From a virus (taxonomy: Duplodnaviria; Caudoviricetes): a stretch of DNA of 54,759 bases. Position 1 is the stretch's first letter; every line of letters starts with the position of its first letter. The notes below the pieces were generated by a model. That model made no database searches. It was not told the origin of the DNA and saw only the letters and a program-made list of their open reading frames with translations. The stretch lies in the IMG/VR virus record IMGVR_UViG_3300030389_001655, positions 1-54,759 of that record. One strand, given 5' to 3'. The position numbers and the translations under genes are program-made. Shown here piece after piece: positions 46,168 to 54,759 of this stretch.

Positions 46168-46569
46168 ATGGCAGACGCAGTTACCTCTCAAACCTTACAG
46201 GATGGTAATCAAATTGCTGTTTTTAAATTTACTAATATCTCTGACGGAAGTGGTGAAGATGCAGTAACAAAAGTTGATGTTTCTGCATTACAAAAAAATG
46301 TTCGTGGTGAAGCTTGCACAAGAGCTACTATTGAAAAAATGTGGTGGCAGTGTAATGGCATGAAAGTTAAAGTGCTATTCGATGCTACAACAGATGATTT
46401 TTGTATAGAGCTTGGTGAAAATCAAAGTGGACATCACGATTACACATCTTTCGGTGGTTTGGTGAATCCTGCTAGTTCTGGTGTAACTGGTGACATAAAG
46501 TTCACAACTGTAGGACATAGTTCAGCAGATAGTTACACTGTTATTATGCAGGTCAGAAAGAGCTATTAA
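46168..46569 (+). CDS. Virion structural protein
   Basis: MADAVTSQT..DG, FTN.SDG.GE..V.KVD, TGDI.FTT. Confidence 0.6.
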   Translation: MADAVTSQTLQDGNQIAVFKFTNISDGSGEDAVTKVDVSALQKNVRGEACTRATIEKMWWQCNGMKVKVLFDATTDDFCIELGENQSGHHDYTSFGGLVNPASSGVTGDIKFTTVGHSSADSYTVIMQVRKSY

Positions 46570-46853
46570 TGGCTAGAAGGCAAGATAAACAGCCTCCAAA
46601 AACTAAAAAGTATTTCCGCTCCACTAAAAGTGGTGCGGGAATGACTAAAGCTGGAGTTGCACGATATAGACGTGAAAATCCAGGCAGTAAATTAAAAACA
46701 GCCGTTACTGGCAAAGTTAAGAAAGGAAGTAAAGCAGCTAAAAGAAGAAAGTCATTTTGTGCTCGTTCTGCGGGTCAAATGAAAAAGTTTCCTAAAGCAG
46801 CTAAAAATCCTAACAGTAGATTAAGACAAGCAAGAAGAAGATGGAAGTGTTAA
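46569..46853 (+). CDS. Small basic protein
   Basis: RRKSFCARS.G..NSRL...RRWKC. Confidence 0.7.
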   Translation: MARRQDKQPPKTKKYFRSTKSGAGMTKAGVARYRRENPGSKLKTAVTGKVKKGSKAAKRRKSFCARSAGQMKKFPKAAKNPNSRLRQARRRWKC

Positions 46854-47012
46854 ATGACAAGTAAAGAATTATTAAAAATGTTGGAAAAACATGAGTCAGT
46901 ATGTAATGCTAGATTTGATGGCATTAATAATAAATTAAATAAATTAGATACCCGTTTATGGGGAATATATGGAGTAATAATTGGTGTTGCAGTTCTTGAG
47001 AAGTTTTTTTAA
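46854..47012 (+). CDS. Coiled-coil plus TM small protein (52 aa, not in ORF track)
   Basis: HE..C..R....KLD.RLW followed by a TM segment. Confidence 0.6.
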   Translation: MTSKELLKMLEKHESVCNARFDGINNKLNKLDTRLWGIYGVIIGVAVLEKFF

Positions 47013-47173
47013 TGGTTATGGGCAGGGCACAAATGTCACGACAAGTGTCAAAGCCACCACAGAAAAGGAGATGGAGTGCCAGTAGGAAGAGGAAAATCAA
47101 TTGTAAACGACCTAAAGGATTTTCTCAAAAAGCACATTGTGCCGCTAAAAAAAGGAGAGGTGGTAAGAGGTGA
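47012..47173 (+). CDS. Small basic protein (53 aa, not in ORF track)
   Basis: W....KRKINCKRPKGFSQKAHC; TAATG coupling. Confidence 0.6.
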   Translation: MVMGRAQMSRQVSKPPQKRRWSASRKRKINCKRPKGFSQKAHCAAKKRRGGKR

Positions 47174-47252
47174 ACCACAAAAGATTTGTAGAAAATGTAA
47201 AAAAAGAGAATTTTTTTGCAATTGTTGGAAGTTATTAACTAGGAGATAAATT

Positions 47253-47534
47253 ATGCCAAAAGACGCTTGTTATCATAAAGTAAAAGCTCGTTACAGGGTT
47301 TTTCCATCAGCTTATGCTTCAGGAGCTATTGCAAAGTGCCGAAAGGTAGGAGCAGCTAATTATGGCAAAGGTGGTAAAAAAGCCAAGAAAAAAGCTGAAG
47401 GTGGATTAATAGAAATGAAAAATGGTGGATCAGTTCCAAAGCAAACTCGTAAAAGAAGAACTAAAAATCCAAATATAGCAAGAGGTTGTGGTGTAGTTAT
47501 GAGTAATAGAAGAAAAGTAACAAAGTTTAGATAA
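47253..47534 (+). CDS. Small basic protein
   Basis: KDACYHKVKARY.VFPSAYASGAI.KCRK; AGGAG RBS. Confidence 0.7.
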   Translation: MPKDACYHKVKARYRVFPSAYASGAIAKCRKVGAANYGKGGKKAKKKAEGGLIEMKNGGSVPKQTRKRRTKNPNIARGCGVVMSNRRKVTKFR

Positions 47535-47815
47535 TGGCTGTTCGTAAAACAAAAGCTGGTCTAGCTCTTAAACGATGGTTTAAAGAAGATTGGAAAGATC
47601 AAAGAACTGGCAAAAAGTGTGGTAGACAAAAAGGTGAAAAACGTGGCACTCCATATTGTAGACCTACTAAACGTATTTCGAGTAAAACTCCAAAAACTGC
47701 ATCTGAGATGTCTGCATCAGAAAAAAGAAAACGAATAGCACAAAAGAAAAGATTAGGTCAACCAGCAGGTAAGCCAAGAAGAGTAGCTGCTGCAAGACGT
47801 AGGAAGAAAAAATAA
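47534..47815 (+). CDS. Small basic protein
   Basis: LKRWFKE.W......CGR.......PYCRP. Confidence 0.7.
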   Translation: MAVRKTKAGLALKRWFKEDWKDQRTGKKCGRQKGEKRGTPYCRPTKRISSKTPKTASEMSASEKRKRIAQKKRLGQPAGKPRRVAAARRRKKK

Positions 47816-48390
47816 TGGATGAGTATAAAAACATAGAAGATCAAATTTGTGAAGAAATTCGTGAATGGTCTAGATATGCTTTAGAAAAACCAAATAAAAA
47901 TTATAACAATTTACCCTCGTGTCCTTTTGCAAAAACTGCTTGGAAAGATAAAAGAGTTAGTTTTGCTTTTAAGAATACATATTCATACTACTGTTTAGAC
48001 ACCTTAATAGATTGTTTCAAAGACAATAAAGATCTAATAATTATTGTCGATATGTGTTTTGAAAATAATGAAAAATTTCACAAACATTTAAGTGATGTAA
48101 ATGAAAAAATTCATAAAGGTGAATATAAACAAAAGGACATTTGGATAATGGGATTCCACCCTGACGATGATGTAAATGAACTTATTGACGATGGTACATT
48201 TACAGAAATTGTAAAGGAAGAATATGCTTTGATATTCGTTCAACGATTAACAAAGCTACAAGAGAGTGCAAATAAATTGAAGAAGCTTGGTTATTATGAT
48301 AAATATTATAGTAACTATAATGTAGAAGATATTTATGAGCAAAGACAACAATACTATAATAATCTTAAAAGGAGTGAAGTATGGCAATGA
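47815..48390 (+). CDS. DUF1415-like protein
   Basis: CPFAK.A and FHP motifs. Confidence 0.55.
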   Translation: MDEYKNIEDQICEEIREWSRYALEKPNKNYNNLPSCPFAKTAWKDKRVSFAFKNTYSYYCLDTLIDCFKDNKDLIIIVDMCFENNEKFHKHLSDVNEKIHKGEYKQKDIWIMGFHPDDDVNELIDDGTFTEIVKEEYALIFVQRLTKLQESANKLKKLGYYDKYYSNYNVEDIYEQRQQYYNNLKRSEVWQ

Positions 48391-48587
48391 GTCCTAAAAA
48401 AATGATGGCTATGGGCGATCAATTAAAAAATGCTGCTAAAAAAATGATGGAAGGTGGCAAAGTTAAAAAAATGAGAGGTGGCGGCATGGCTATGAAACCA
48501 AAAAAAATGCGTGGCGGTGGTATGGCTAAAAAAATGCGTGGTGGCGGAATGGCAATGAAGAAGATGAATAAAGGCGGTAAAGCTTAA
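48381..48587 (+). CDS. Met/Lys/Gly repeat protein
   Basis: KKMRGGGMA x3 plus MMEGG and MNKGG; AAGGAG RBS. Confidence 0.65.
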   Translation: MAMSPKKMMAMGDQLKNAAKKMMEGGKVKKMRGGGMAMKPKKMRGGGMAKKMRGGGMAMKKMNKGGKA

Positions 48588-49252
48588 TGACAACTTCTAG
48601 TTCCACGAACTTTGATTTAGATGTAGCTGAGTACATTGAAGAAGCTTATGAAAGATGTGGCTTAGAAACAAGGACTGGTTACGATTTGCAAACTGCCAAG
48701 CGTTCTTTAAATATAATGCTTGCTGAGTGGGCAAATCGTGGCTTAAATCAATGGACAATAGAACAGAGAACACAAGCTCTAACAGCAAATGATTCTGAAT
48801 ATTCACTTGGAACAGATTTAATTGACATACTGTCTTTAGTTGTAAGAAGAAGTGGCACAGATTTTACAATGACAAGAATCAGCAGAGATGCTTTTTTAAA
48901 TTTACCTAACAAAACATCTACTGGTAGACCTACTCAGTATTTTTTGGATAGACAGATAACTCCAAATTTAAAAATTTTCCCAACACCAGAAAATAGCACG
49001 GATGTAATTCATTATGACGCTTTGACTAGAATACAAGATGCAGACACACAAGTTAACACGATGGAAATACCTTTTAGGTTTATACCTTGCCTTACAGCAG
49101 GTTTAGCTTATTATATAGCTATGAAAAAAGCACCAGATAGAATACAACTTCTTAAAACAGTTTACGAAGAAGAGTTCGATAGAGCTATAGCTGAAGATAG
49201 AGATAGATCTGCATTTAATGTGGTTCCTAAACTGGATTATTATAGGGTTTAG
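48587..49252 (+). CDS. Head-tail adaptor-like protein
   Basis: IEEAYERCG, RSLN....W.NRG.N.W, GRPTQY, P.RF...L..GLAY. Confidence 0.7.
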   Translation: MTTSSSTNFDLDVAEYIEEAYERCGLETRTGYDLQTAKRSLNIMLAEWANRGLNQWTIEQRTQALTANDSEYSLGTDLIDILSLVVRRSGTDFTMTRISRDAFLNLPNKTSTGRPTQYFLDRQITPNLKIFPTPENSTDVIHYDALTRIQDADTQVNTMEIPFRFIPCLTAGLAYYIAMKKAPDRIQLLKTVYEEEFDRAIAEDRDRSAFNVVPKLDYYRV

Positions 49253-49253
49253 T

Positions 49254-49745
49254 ATGGCTTTTGCTACTGGAAAATACGCTTACAGAATATCAGATAGATC
49301 AGGATTTAGGTATCGTCTTAAAGACACTAGAAAAGAATGGAATGGCTCTATTGTTGGAAAAGATGAGTATGAAGAAAAACATCCACAATTAGAGCCGTTA
49401 AGAACAAGAGCTGATGCGGAAGCTATAAGAGAAGCTCGACCTGACAGAGATGAAACTGCTGTTCCAAATTTACTTCCTTTAAATGCTTTTTCAACTACAG
49501 CAAGTTCACAAACAGTTTCTGTTAATGAACCAAATCATGGCAGATCAACAAGTGATACTGTTCGTTTTAGAGATGTTGTAAGTGTTGGTGGCATTACATC
49601 ATCAACAATTAATTCGTCATCTGGTTTTTCAATTACAGTAGTAGATACGAACAATTATTCGTTTTCAGCAGGTGCAACTGCTAGTTTTGTACAGAAAGGT
49701 GGTGGAGGGTTCGCAAGTGCTGGACCAGTCACTATAACAAATTAA
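49254..49745 (+). CDS. Virion-associated protein
   Basis: A.GK.A..ISDRSGFRY, E.KHPQL, EARPD; start at MAFA. Confidence 0.65.
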   Translation: MAFATGKYAYRISDRSGFRYRLKDTRKEWNGSIVGKDEYEEKHPQLEPLRTRADAEAIREARPDRDETAVPNLLPLNAFSTTASSQTVSVNEPNHGRSTSDTVRFRDVVSVGGITSSTINSSSGFSITVVDTNNYSFSAGATASFVQKGGGGFASAGPVTITN

Positions 49746-50392
49746 TGAGTTTTACTTTAGCAACATTAAAAACAGCGATTCAAGATTATGTAGATAATTC
49801 AGAAACTACATTTGTAAATAATTTAGATAATTTTATTAAAGGTGCAGAAAACAAAATATTTGAAACTGTTGATTTAGAAATTTTTAGGAAAAATGTTACC
49901 AGCACTTTAACTTCATCTGATCAATTTCTAACAGTTCCCTCAGATTATTTAGCTTCGTTTTCACTACAAATAACAACATCTGGATCAGAAAGTTTTTTAT
50001 TACCAAAAGATGTTAATTTTTTAAGAGAGTATACACCAGCAGCAACAACCACTGGACTCCCTAAATATTATGCTAGATTTGATCAAAACAATTTTATGTT
50101 AGCTCCAACACCAAATAGTAATTATACAATAGAACTTCATTATTATTATAAACCAACAAGTCTAACTGCGGGTAGTGATAGTGGCACAACTTGGTTGAGT
50201 ACAAATGCACCTTTTACTTTATTGTATGGTTCAATAGTTGAGTCTTATGCTTTTATGAAAGGTGAAGCAGATACTATTGCAAATTATACGAATTTATTTA
50301 TGGCAAGTTTACAAAGATTGAAAGATTTAGGCGAAGCTAGAGAAAATACAGATGGATATAGAGTTGGTCTACCATCAAGACCGAGAACATAG
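49745..50392 (+). CDS. Head-tail adaptor-like protein
   Basis: LKTAIQDY, G.PKYYA, APTP...Y..EL.YYY.P.SL, LLYG. Confidence 0.7.
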   Translation: MSFTLATLKTAIQDYVDNSETTFVNNLDNFIKGAENKIFETVDLEIFRKNVTSTLTSSDQFLTVPSDYLASFSLQITTSGSESFLLPKDVNFLREYTPAATTTGLPKYYARFDQNNFMLAPTPNSNYTIELHYYYKPTSLTAGSDSGTTWLSTNAPFTLLYGSIVESYAFMKGEADTIANYTNLFMASLQRLKDLGEARENTDGYRVGLPSRPRT

Positions 50393-50401
50393 GAGTAGAA
50401 A

Positions 50402-50875
50402 ATGGCAACAGCAAATGCAGCAACCACCTTTTTAGAAAATAGACTTTTAAGTTTTATTTTCAAAAACAATGCCGCATCGTTTAGTTCACCAGGTGATAGC
50501 ATTTATGTTGGACTAGCAACGGCAGTATCTAATTTTAATGATTCAACTGGAGAGTCTGGAGACCCTGCCATTACAGAGGCTACGTTTACAAATTATGCAA
50601 GACAACAAGTTGCAGCTTCTGCATGGACATTGACAGCAGAATCCGCTGATACACAAACTTGCAAAAACACCAACAATATTGAATTTCCAGCATCTGGTGG
50701 CACAAATAATACAATCACTCATGTATTTATAACAACCGCAGCCAGTGCCAGTTTAGATGTTGTGGGATCTGGTGGTAATGTATTATTTATAGGTGCGTTA
50801 GATGCAAGTAAGGCAATAGCAAGTGGTGATATATTTAGAATAAATGCAACTAACTTAACAATAGAGCTTAAATAA
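50402..50875 (+). CDS. Tail-associated structural protein
   Basis: LE..LL, YVGL.T, YARQ.V, I.FP, GN.L..GAL...K.I.SGD.F. Confidence 0.65.
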   Translation: MATANAATTFLENRLLSFIFKNNAASFSSPGDSIYVGLATAVSNFNDSTGESGDPAITEATFTNYARQQVAASAWTLTAESADTQTCKNTNNIEFPASGGTNNTITHVFITTAASASLDVVGSGGNVLFIGALDASKAIASGDIFRINATNLTIELK

Positions 50876-52098
50876 TGGCATTAGTATTAAACGACAGAGT
50901 AAAAGAAACCACAACTACAACTGGCACTGGTACACTGACTTTAGCTGGTGCAGTAACTGGTTTTGAAACTTTTGGCACTGGGGTTGGTAATTCTAACACA
51001 ACATACTATGCAGTAACATTACCAGGCACGGCAGAGTTTGAAGTCGGTTTAGGTACATTAAGTAGTGATTCTAGCACTATAGCTAGAACCACAGTTATTA
51101 GCAGTTCAAATAGTGATAATGCAGTAAACTTTAGTGCTGGAACTAAAACTATATTTTGTACGTTACCAGCGTCAAAGACTGTGTTTTTAGATGCAAGTGG
51201 TAATGCAACATTAGGTGCAGATTTATCTGTGGGTGATGATCTTACAGTAGAGGGTGGTGTAATAGAATTAAAAAACACTGGTGCACAATCAGAATTAAGA
51301 ATGTATTGTGAAAGTTCTAATGCTCACTATGCTGCTTTAAAAGCACCTGCCCACTCTGACTTTGCAGGTAATACAACATTAACCTTACCTGCCACCACAG
51401 ATGTTATTGTAGGTAGAGCAACTACAGATACATTAACAAATAAAAGTTTAACAGCACCCGTTTTAACTGGATCTTCCTCTGCTGCTGGTTCTATATTGTT
51501 CAAAGAAGATACAGACAATGGAACAAATGCAGTTACTCTAATAGGACCAGCTTCCACGGCAGATGTTACAGTTACATTACCTTCCTCTGCTGGAACTGTA
51601 GCTCTAACATCTGATATCCCTAGTTCTGGTATATCAAGTGGTAATGTAGCAACTTTCACATCTGGAGTTGCAGACAATGATTTTTTAAGAGTTGATGGGA
51701 CATCTGTTGAAGGCAGATCTGCAAGTGAGGTTTTGTCTGATATAGGTGGTCAAGCATCTTTAACATTTGGTATATCAAATACAAATGCAGTAAAAATAGA
51801 TAGTTCTAGTGTGGCAGATGATGAGTTTGCAAGATTTACTGCAAATGGATTAGAGAGTAGAAGTGCATCAGAAGTTAGATCAGATATAGGATTAGGAACG
51901 GCAGCAACACTTGCAGTTGGCATATCAAATACAAATGTAGCACAGTTTGGATCTGGGGTAGCTGATAATGACTTCTTACGAGTCGATGGAACAACAATAG
52001 AGGGTAGGAGTGCATCAGAACTACTATCAGATATAGGTGCAACAAGTGCTACAGATGCAGCCAACGAGGCAACAGCTTTAGCAATAGCGTTAGGATGA
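50875..52098 (+). CDS. Tail fibre protein with internal repeats
   Basis: MALVLNDRVKETTTTTGTG N-terminus; TLTLP..T/TLTNK motifs; ends AIALG. Confidence 0.75.
   Translation: MALVLNDRVKETTTTTGTGTLTLAGAVTGFETFGTGVGNSNTTYYAVTLPGTAEFEVGLGTLSSDSSTIARTTVISSSNSDNAVNFSAGTKTIFCTLPASKTVFLDASGNATLGADLSVGDDLTVEGGVIELKNTGAQSELRMYCESSNAHYAALKAPAHSDFAGNTTLTLPATTDVIVGRATTDTLTNKSLTAPVLTGSSSAAGSILFKEDTDNGTNAVTLIGPASTADVTVTLPSSAGTVALTSDIPSSGISSGNVATFTSGVADNDFLRVDGTSVEGRSASEVLSDIGGQASLTFGISNTNAVKIDSSSVADDEFARFTANGLESRSASEVRSDIGLGTAATLAVGISNTNVAQFGSGVADNDFLRVDGTTIEGRSASELLSDIGATSATDAANEATALAIALG
51628..52038 (+). repeat. Three ~47-aa intragenic repeats
   Basis: GIS..N......VAD..F.R......E.RSASE..SDIG x3. Confidence 0.8.
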
Positions 52099-52102
52099 TA
52101 AC

Positions 52103-52450
52103 ATGGCAAATACATTTAAATTATCAAGTAAAGCAGGAGTAACAAGTGCAGATGTGATCTACACAGTTGCATCTAGCACGACAACTATAATCTTAGGTTT
52201 GATATTAGGAAATACAACGACAAGTCAAGTAACTGCTACAGTAACATTAACATCTGATACTGGCAATAGAACAAATGCTAATGATGAGGTTAATCAAACA
52301 GTAGAACTTATTACAAATGCACCCATACCAGCAGGATCATCGCTAGAACTACTAGCTGGTAACAAAGTTGTTTTAGAAGCAACAGATAGTATATCGGTTA
52401 CTGCAACAGGTGCAACAGATGTTGCTTTATCATATATGGAGATTACATAA
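52103..52450 (+). CDS. Tail-fibre-associated protein
   Basis: MANTFK..., IP.GSSLE...GNK.VL...D, ends S.MEIT. Confidence 0.65.
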   Translation: MANTFKLSSKAGVTSADVIYTVASSTTTIILGLILGNTTTSQVTATVTLTSDTGNRTNANDEVNQTVELITNAPIPAGSSLELLAGNKVVLEATDSISVTATGATDVALSYMEIT

Positions 52451-52899
52451 TGCCTTTTATTGGTAAAGGTCCAGTTACGACTTTTGAGGCTACAACTGCT
52501 GTTCAGAGATTTAATGGGGACGGATCAGATACAACATTTACATTAAGTAGAACTGTAAGTTCGGTTCAAGATGTTCTTGTATCTGTTGATGGTGTTGTTC
52601 AAGATACATCAGCATACACTATACCAGATGGTACAACATTAACATTTACGGCTGCACCTTCAAGTGGCACGAATAATATTTTTGTAAATTTTTTAGCACC
52701 ACAGACAGGCACAGTTACACCAGCAGATGAGAATAAAGGTAACTTTAAAGGTGGTGGATTGTTTAGAACGAATGCACAATCTTTAACTTCAAACATAACA
52801 ATACTTGCAACAGAGAATGCACAAGTGACGGGTCCGTTAACAGTTGCATCTGGTGTAACTCTCACAGTTGAAAGTGGTGGAAGGTTGGTAACATCGTGA
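52450..52899 (+). CDS. Tail fibre adaptor-like protein (paralog of 307..765)
   Basis: MPFIG, F.GDGS.TTFTL, VSVDGVVQ, LTFTAAP; shared C-terminal motif. Confidence 0.65.
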   Translation: MPFIGKGPVTTFEATTAVQRFNGDGSDTTFTLSRTVSSVQDVLVSVDGVVQDTSAYTIPDGTTLTFTAAPSSGTNNIFVNFLAPQTGTVTPADENKGNFKGGGLFRTNAQSLTSNITILATENAQVTGPLTVASGVTLTVESGGRLVTS

Positions 52900-53318
52900 G
52901 TGAAATATTTGTAGATACGATAAGAAAGACTGGTGGTTCACTAGGCACAGACATAAGGATTAAAAATACATCTGTGTATGAGTCTGATGGTGGCACAAGT
53001 GTTACACAAAATTTAGTACAAGGAATAGCAAAATCGTGGATTTCACACAATTTTGGTAGCGATAATTCTGCAATCGATTCTTTTAATATAAGTAGCACAA
53101 CAGATAATTCTACTGCAGACATGGACATTACTTTTTCTAATCCTATGAATAACGCTAATTATGTCGTATTATTGGGTCAACGTCTAATAACGTCTCTGAA
53201 TGGTGTGTATTATTCGTATAATTTAACTACGACCAAGTTTGAAGTTTTTGGAAGATATAACACAGCCTATTATGAATGGAGTCCTCAACGTAATGCAGTA
53301 ATGGGAGACCTGGCATGA
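52896..53318 (+). CDS. GDLA-family tail-tip paralog, type A
   Basis: VDTI...G..GT...I.NTS...SDGG...TQN.VQG..K.W shared with 762; ends GDLA. Confidence 0.65.
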   Translation: MSEIFVDTIRKTGGSLGTDIRIKNTSVYESDGGTSVTQNLVQGIAKSWISHNFGSDNSAIDSFNISSTTDNSTADMDITFSNPMNNANYVVLLGQRLITSLNGVYYSYNLTTTKFEVFGRYNTAYYEWSPQRNAVMGDLA

Positions 53319-53713
53319 GTACCATTAAGACAAACACCTTAACAGGTACAACTTCAGCAGGTAGCATTCTTGTTACAGGAGAGGGTGGTTCTACCACAAC
53401 GAATTTACAACAAGGGTTGACAAAGCATTGGGTAAATTTAGATGGCACAGGCACTTTTGCCATAAGTGACAGTTTTAACTGTGCTTCAGTTACTGATGAT
53501 GGTACAGGTGACTATGACCCTTTTTTTACTAACAACATGAGCAATACTGAATATTCAGTTACATGTGGGTGTCCTTCAGGTTCTGGCGACCATTCGGTGA
53601 TTAATGCCACAACTCTCGCTACAAACAAATATAGAATAGTAGTTTCAGATGGTGGCTCAAGTTTAGAAGACCAAGACCCTGCTATGACACAAGTTAACGG
53701 AGACCTAGCATAA
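53315..53713 (+). CDS. GDLA-family tail-tip paralog, type B
   Basis: TG.T.AGSI.VTGEG.STTTNLQQGL.K shared with 1190; ends GDLA. Confidence 0.65.
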   Translation: MSTIKTNTLTGTTSAGSILVTGEGGSTTTNLQQGLTKHWVNLDGTGTFAISDSFNCASVTDDGTGDYDPFFTNNMSNTEYSVTCGCPSGSGDHSVINATTLATNKYRIVVSDGGSSLEDQDPAMTQVNGDLA

Positions 53714-54129
53714 TGGCAAACGGAACAATAGCATTTGATACATTAACAACATCTGACTCAGTTAAGTCTGGAACAGAGAAATCTATTGATACGAGTTATA
53801 TTTTTAATGGTGTTGCTAAAGTATGGGTAAATTACACACATACCACTACTACTGCCATTAGAGATAGCCTTAATATGTCAAGTATTACTGACCTTGATAC
53901 AGGTTCATCAACACTTACATTTGCTAATAACATGAATAATGATGATTTTGCACAATCTAATGGTATTGGAGATTTTGGTACACAATTTAATAATAGTACA
54001 GCTTTAGGGCAAGATGGAAATAGTTCAAAAACAACTGCTCTTACAAAACTTCATGTAGCTGGTCAGACAGCAAATACTGCTTATGACCACCATGAAACTA
54101 ATGTAATTGTACACGGAGATTTAGCATGA
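53713..54129 (+). CDS. GDLA-family tail-tip paralog, type C
   Basis: SI.TS..FNG.AK.W...TAIRDS shared with 1600; ends GDLA. Confidence 0.65.
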   Translation: MANGTIAFDTLTTSDSVKSGTEKSIDTSYIFNGVAKVWVNYTHTTTTAIRDSLNMSSITDLDTGSSTLTFANNMNNDDFAQSNGIGDFGTQFNNSTALGQDGNSSKTTALTKLHVAGQTANTAYDHHETNVIVHGDLA

Positions 54130-54611
54130 CAATAAAAACACCAAAGTTTCAAGGCACACATTTATGGGATAGATTGTGTTGGGCAAAAGAAAACTTAGAA
54201 GGTAAACAATCAGACTATCGCATTGTATGGGAAGATCCAGACAAACCTGAAGAATGTTCTAAGGTAACTGTACCTGACCCTAACTGGCTTGCTTGTGCAT
54301 TACAAGGTGGCATATTACCACCTGTAGAAGTGTATTGGCTATTAGCAGAAGATGAAGCAAAGCCAGATTTTAAAAAACATACAAGAGGATATTTACTGCA
54401 TAATACAAAACCAGTTGAAGCAATGACAGAAGAACAAGCCATAGAATATTTAATTATGAAAGACATACCACAAAGAGTGTGGAGAAATTATGACAAAGCT
54501 AATAAACCAAGATTAGTGATTTGTAAAAAGGATCAGCTACCAAGTACAAGAGAATGGCGTAATGCTTGGAAGATTGATGAAAATGTAGTAAAACTAGAAG
54601 AAGTAGCATAA
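54126..54611 (+). CDS. Tail-fibre-assembly-like protein
   Basis: TEEQAIEYLIMKDIP and LPSTREWRNAW motifs; context. Confidence 0.55.
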   Translation: MTIKTPKFQGTHLWDRLCWAKENLEGKQSDYRIVWEDPDKPEECSKVTVPDPNWLACALQGGILPPVEVYWLLAEDEAKPDFKKHTRGYLLHNTKPVEAMTEEQAIEYLIMKDIPQRVWRNYDKANKPRLVICKKDQLPSTREWRNAWKIDENVVKLEEVA

Positions 54612-54621
54612 GGAGTAAAAA

Positions 54622-54759
54622 ATGCCGACAACAAATATAGTAGATAAAAATGGTGTTACTGTAGATGCTTCTACAGTTACTAAGCCATCTGATAGACACT
54701 TTAGAGGTGCTTGGGTCGTAGACTCAGACAAGAAGGTTATATCAGAAGACATGACTGAA
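54622..54759 (+). CDS. Partial (3'-truncated) tail-fibre-assembly-like protein
   Basis: AAGGAG RBS; MPTTNIVD...PSDRHFRGAW; open to the window end. Confidence 0.55.
   Translation, partial: MPTTNIVDKNGVTVDASTVTKPSDRHFRGAWVVDSDKKVISEDMTE

Noticed and set aside
762-54129. Diversity-generating retroelement or invertase shufflon behind the tail-tip paralogs
   Set aside because: No reverse transcriptase or recombinase recognised, no near-identical TR/VR pair with A-specific differences, and all paralogs are co-oriented
1045-54699. Many minus-strand and alternate-frame ORFs nested in structural and replication genes (e.g. 12399-13202, 20329-20913)
   Set aside because: Shadow ORFs of well-supported plus-strand genes, with no recognisable motifs
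1-54759. tRNA/rRNA genes, integrase/att site, terminal redundancy
   Set aside because: No cloverleaf or rRNA-like sequence recognised in the intergenic gaps, no recombinase motif, and the window ends do not overlap

Overview
The window is most of one genome (circularly permuted, opened inside the tail-fibre region, no terminal overlap seen) of an AT-rich tailed dsDNA phage. It is podovirus-like: there is no tail tube, sheath or tape measure, but there is a nozzle-like protein and large internal/ejection-type proteins. An aquatic proteobacterial host is my inference only. Layout: tail fibre/tail/internal proteins and lysozyme (1-15.5 kb); small regulators (15.4-17.3 kb); a replication module with AAA_24 ATPase, SSB-like protein, SF2 helicase, Cas4-like nuclease and TOPRIM primase-helicase but no DNA polymerase (17.5-25 kb); an accessory region with an ori-like repeat, terS, a GC-rich repeat array and several self-contained promoter-gene-terminator cassettes including GGCT and an amidoligase (25-32.8 kb); then terL, portal, holin, GroES, scaffold, capsid, adaptors and tail fibres. 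The most unusual signals are non-coding. (1) A ~76-nt promoter/terminator-bounded minus-strand sRNA has a loop exactly complementary (14 nt) to the amidoligase RBS 1.6 kb away. (2) A second candidate sRNA has a loop complementary to GGUAGU loops in the helicase leader (an H-type pseudoknot) and the primase leader. (3) About 29 copies of a CGAACAATTGTTCG palindrome or half-site occur, helically phased right after terS. (4) A GTAAT-N-ATTAC operator sits inside nearly all early sigma70-type promoters. Also notable are two parallel triplets of 'GDLA'-ending tail-tip paralogs and a recurrent hydrophobic-x-x-GG motif in many late proteins. Product calls come from motif recognition only; no searches were run.
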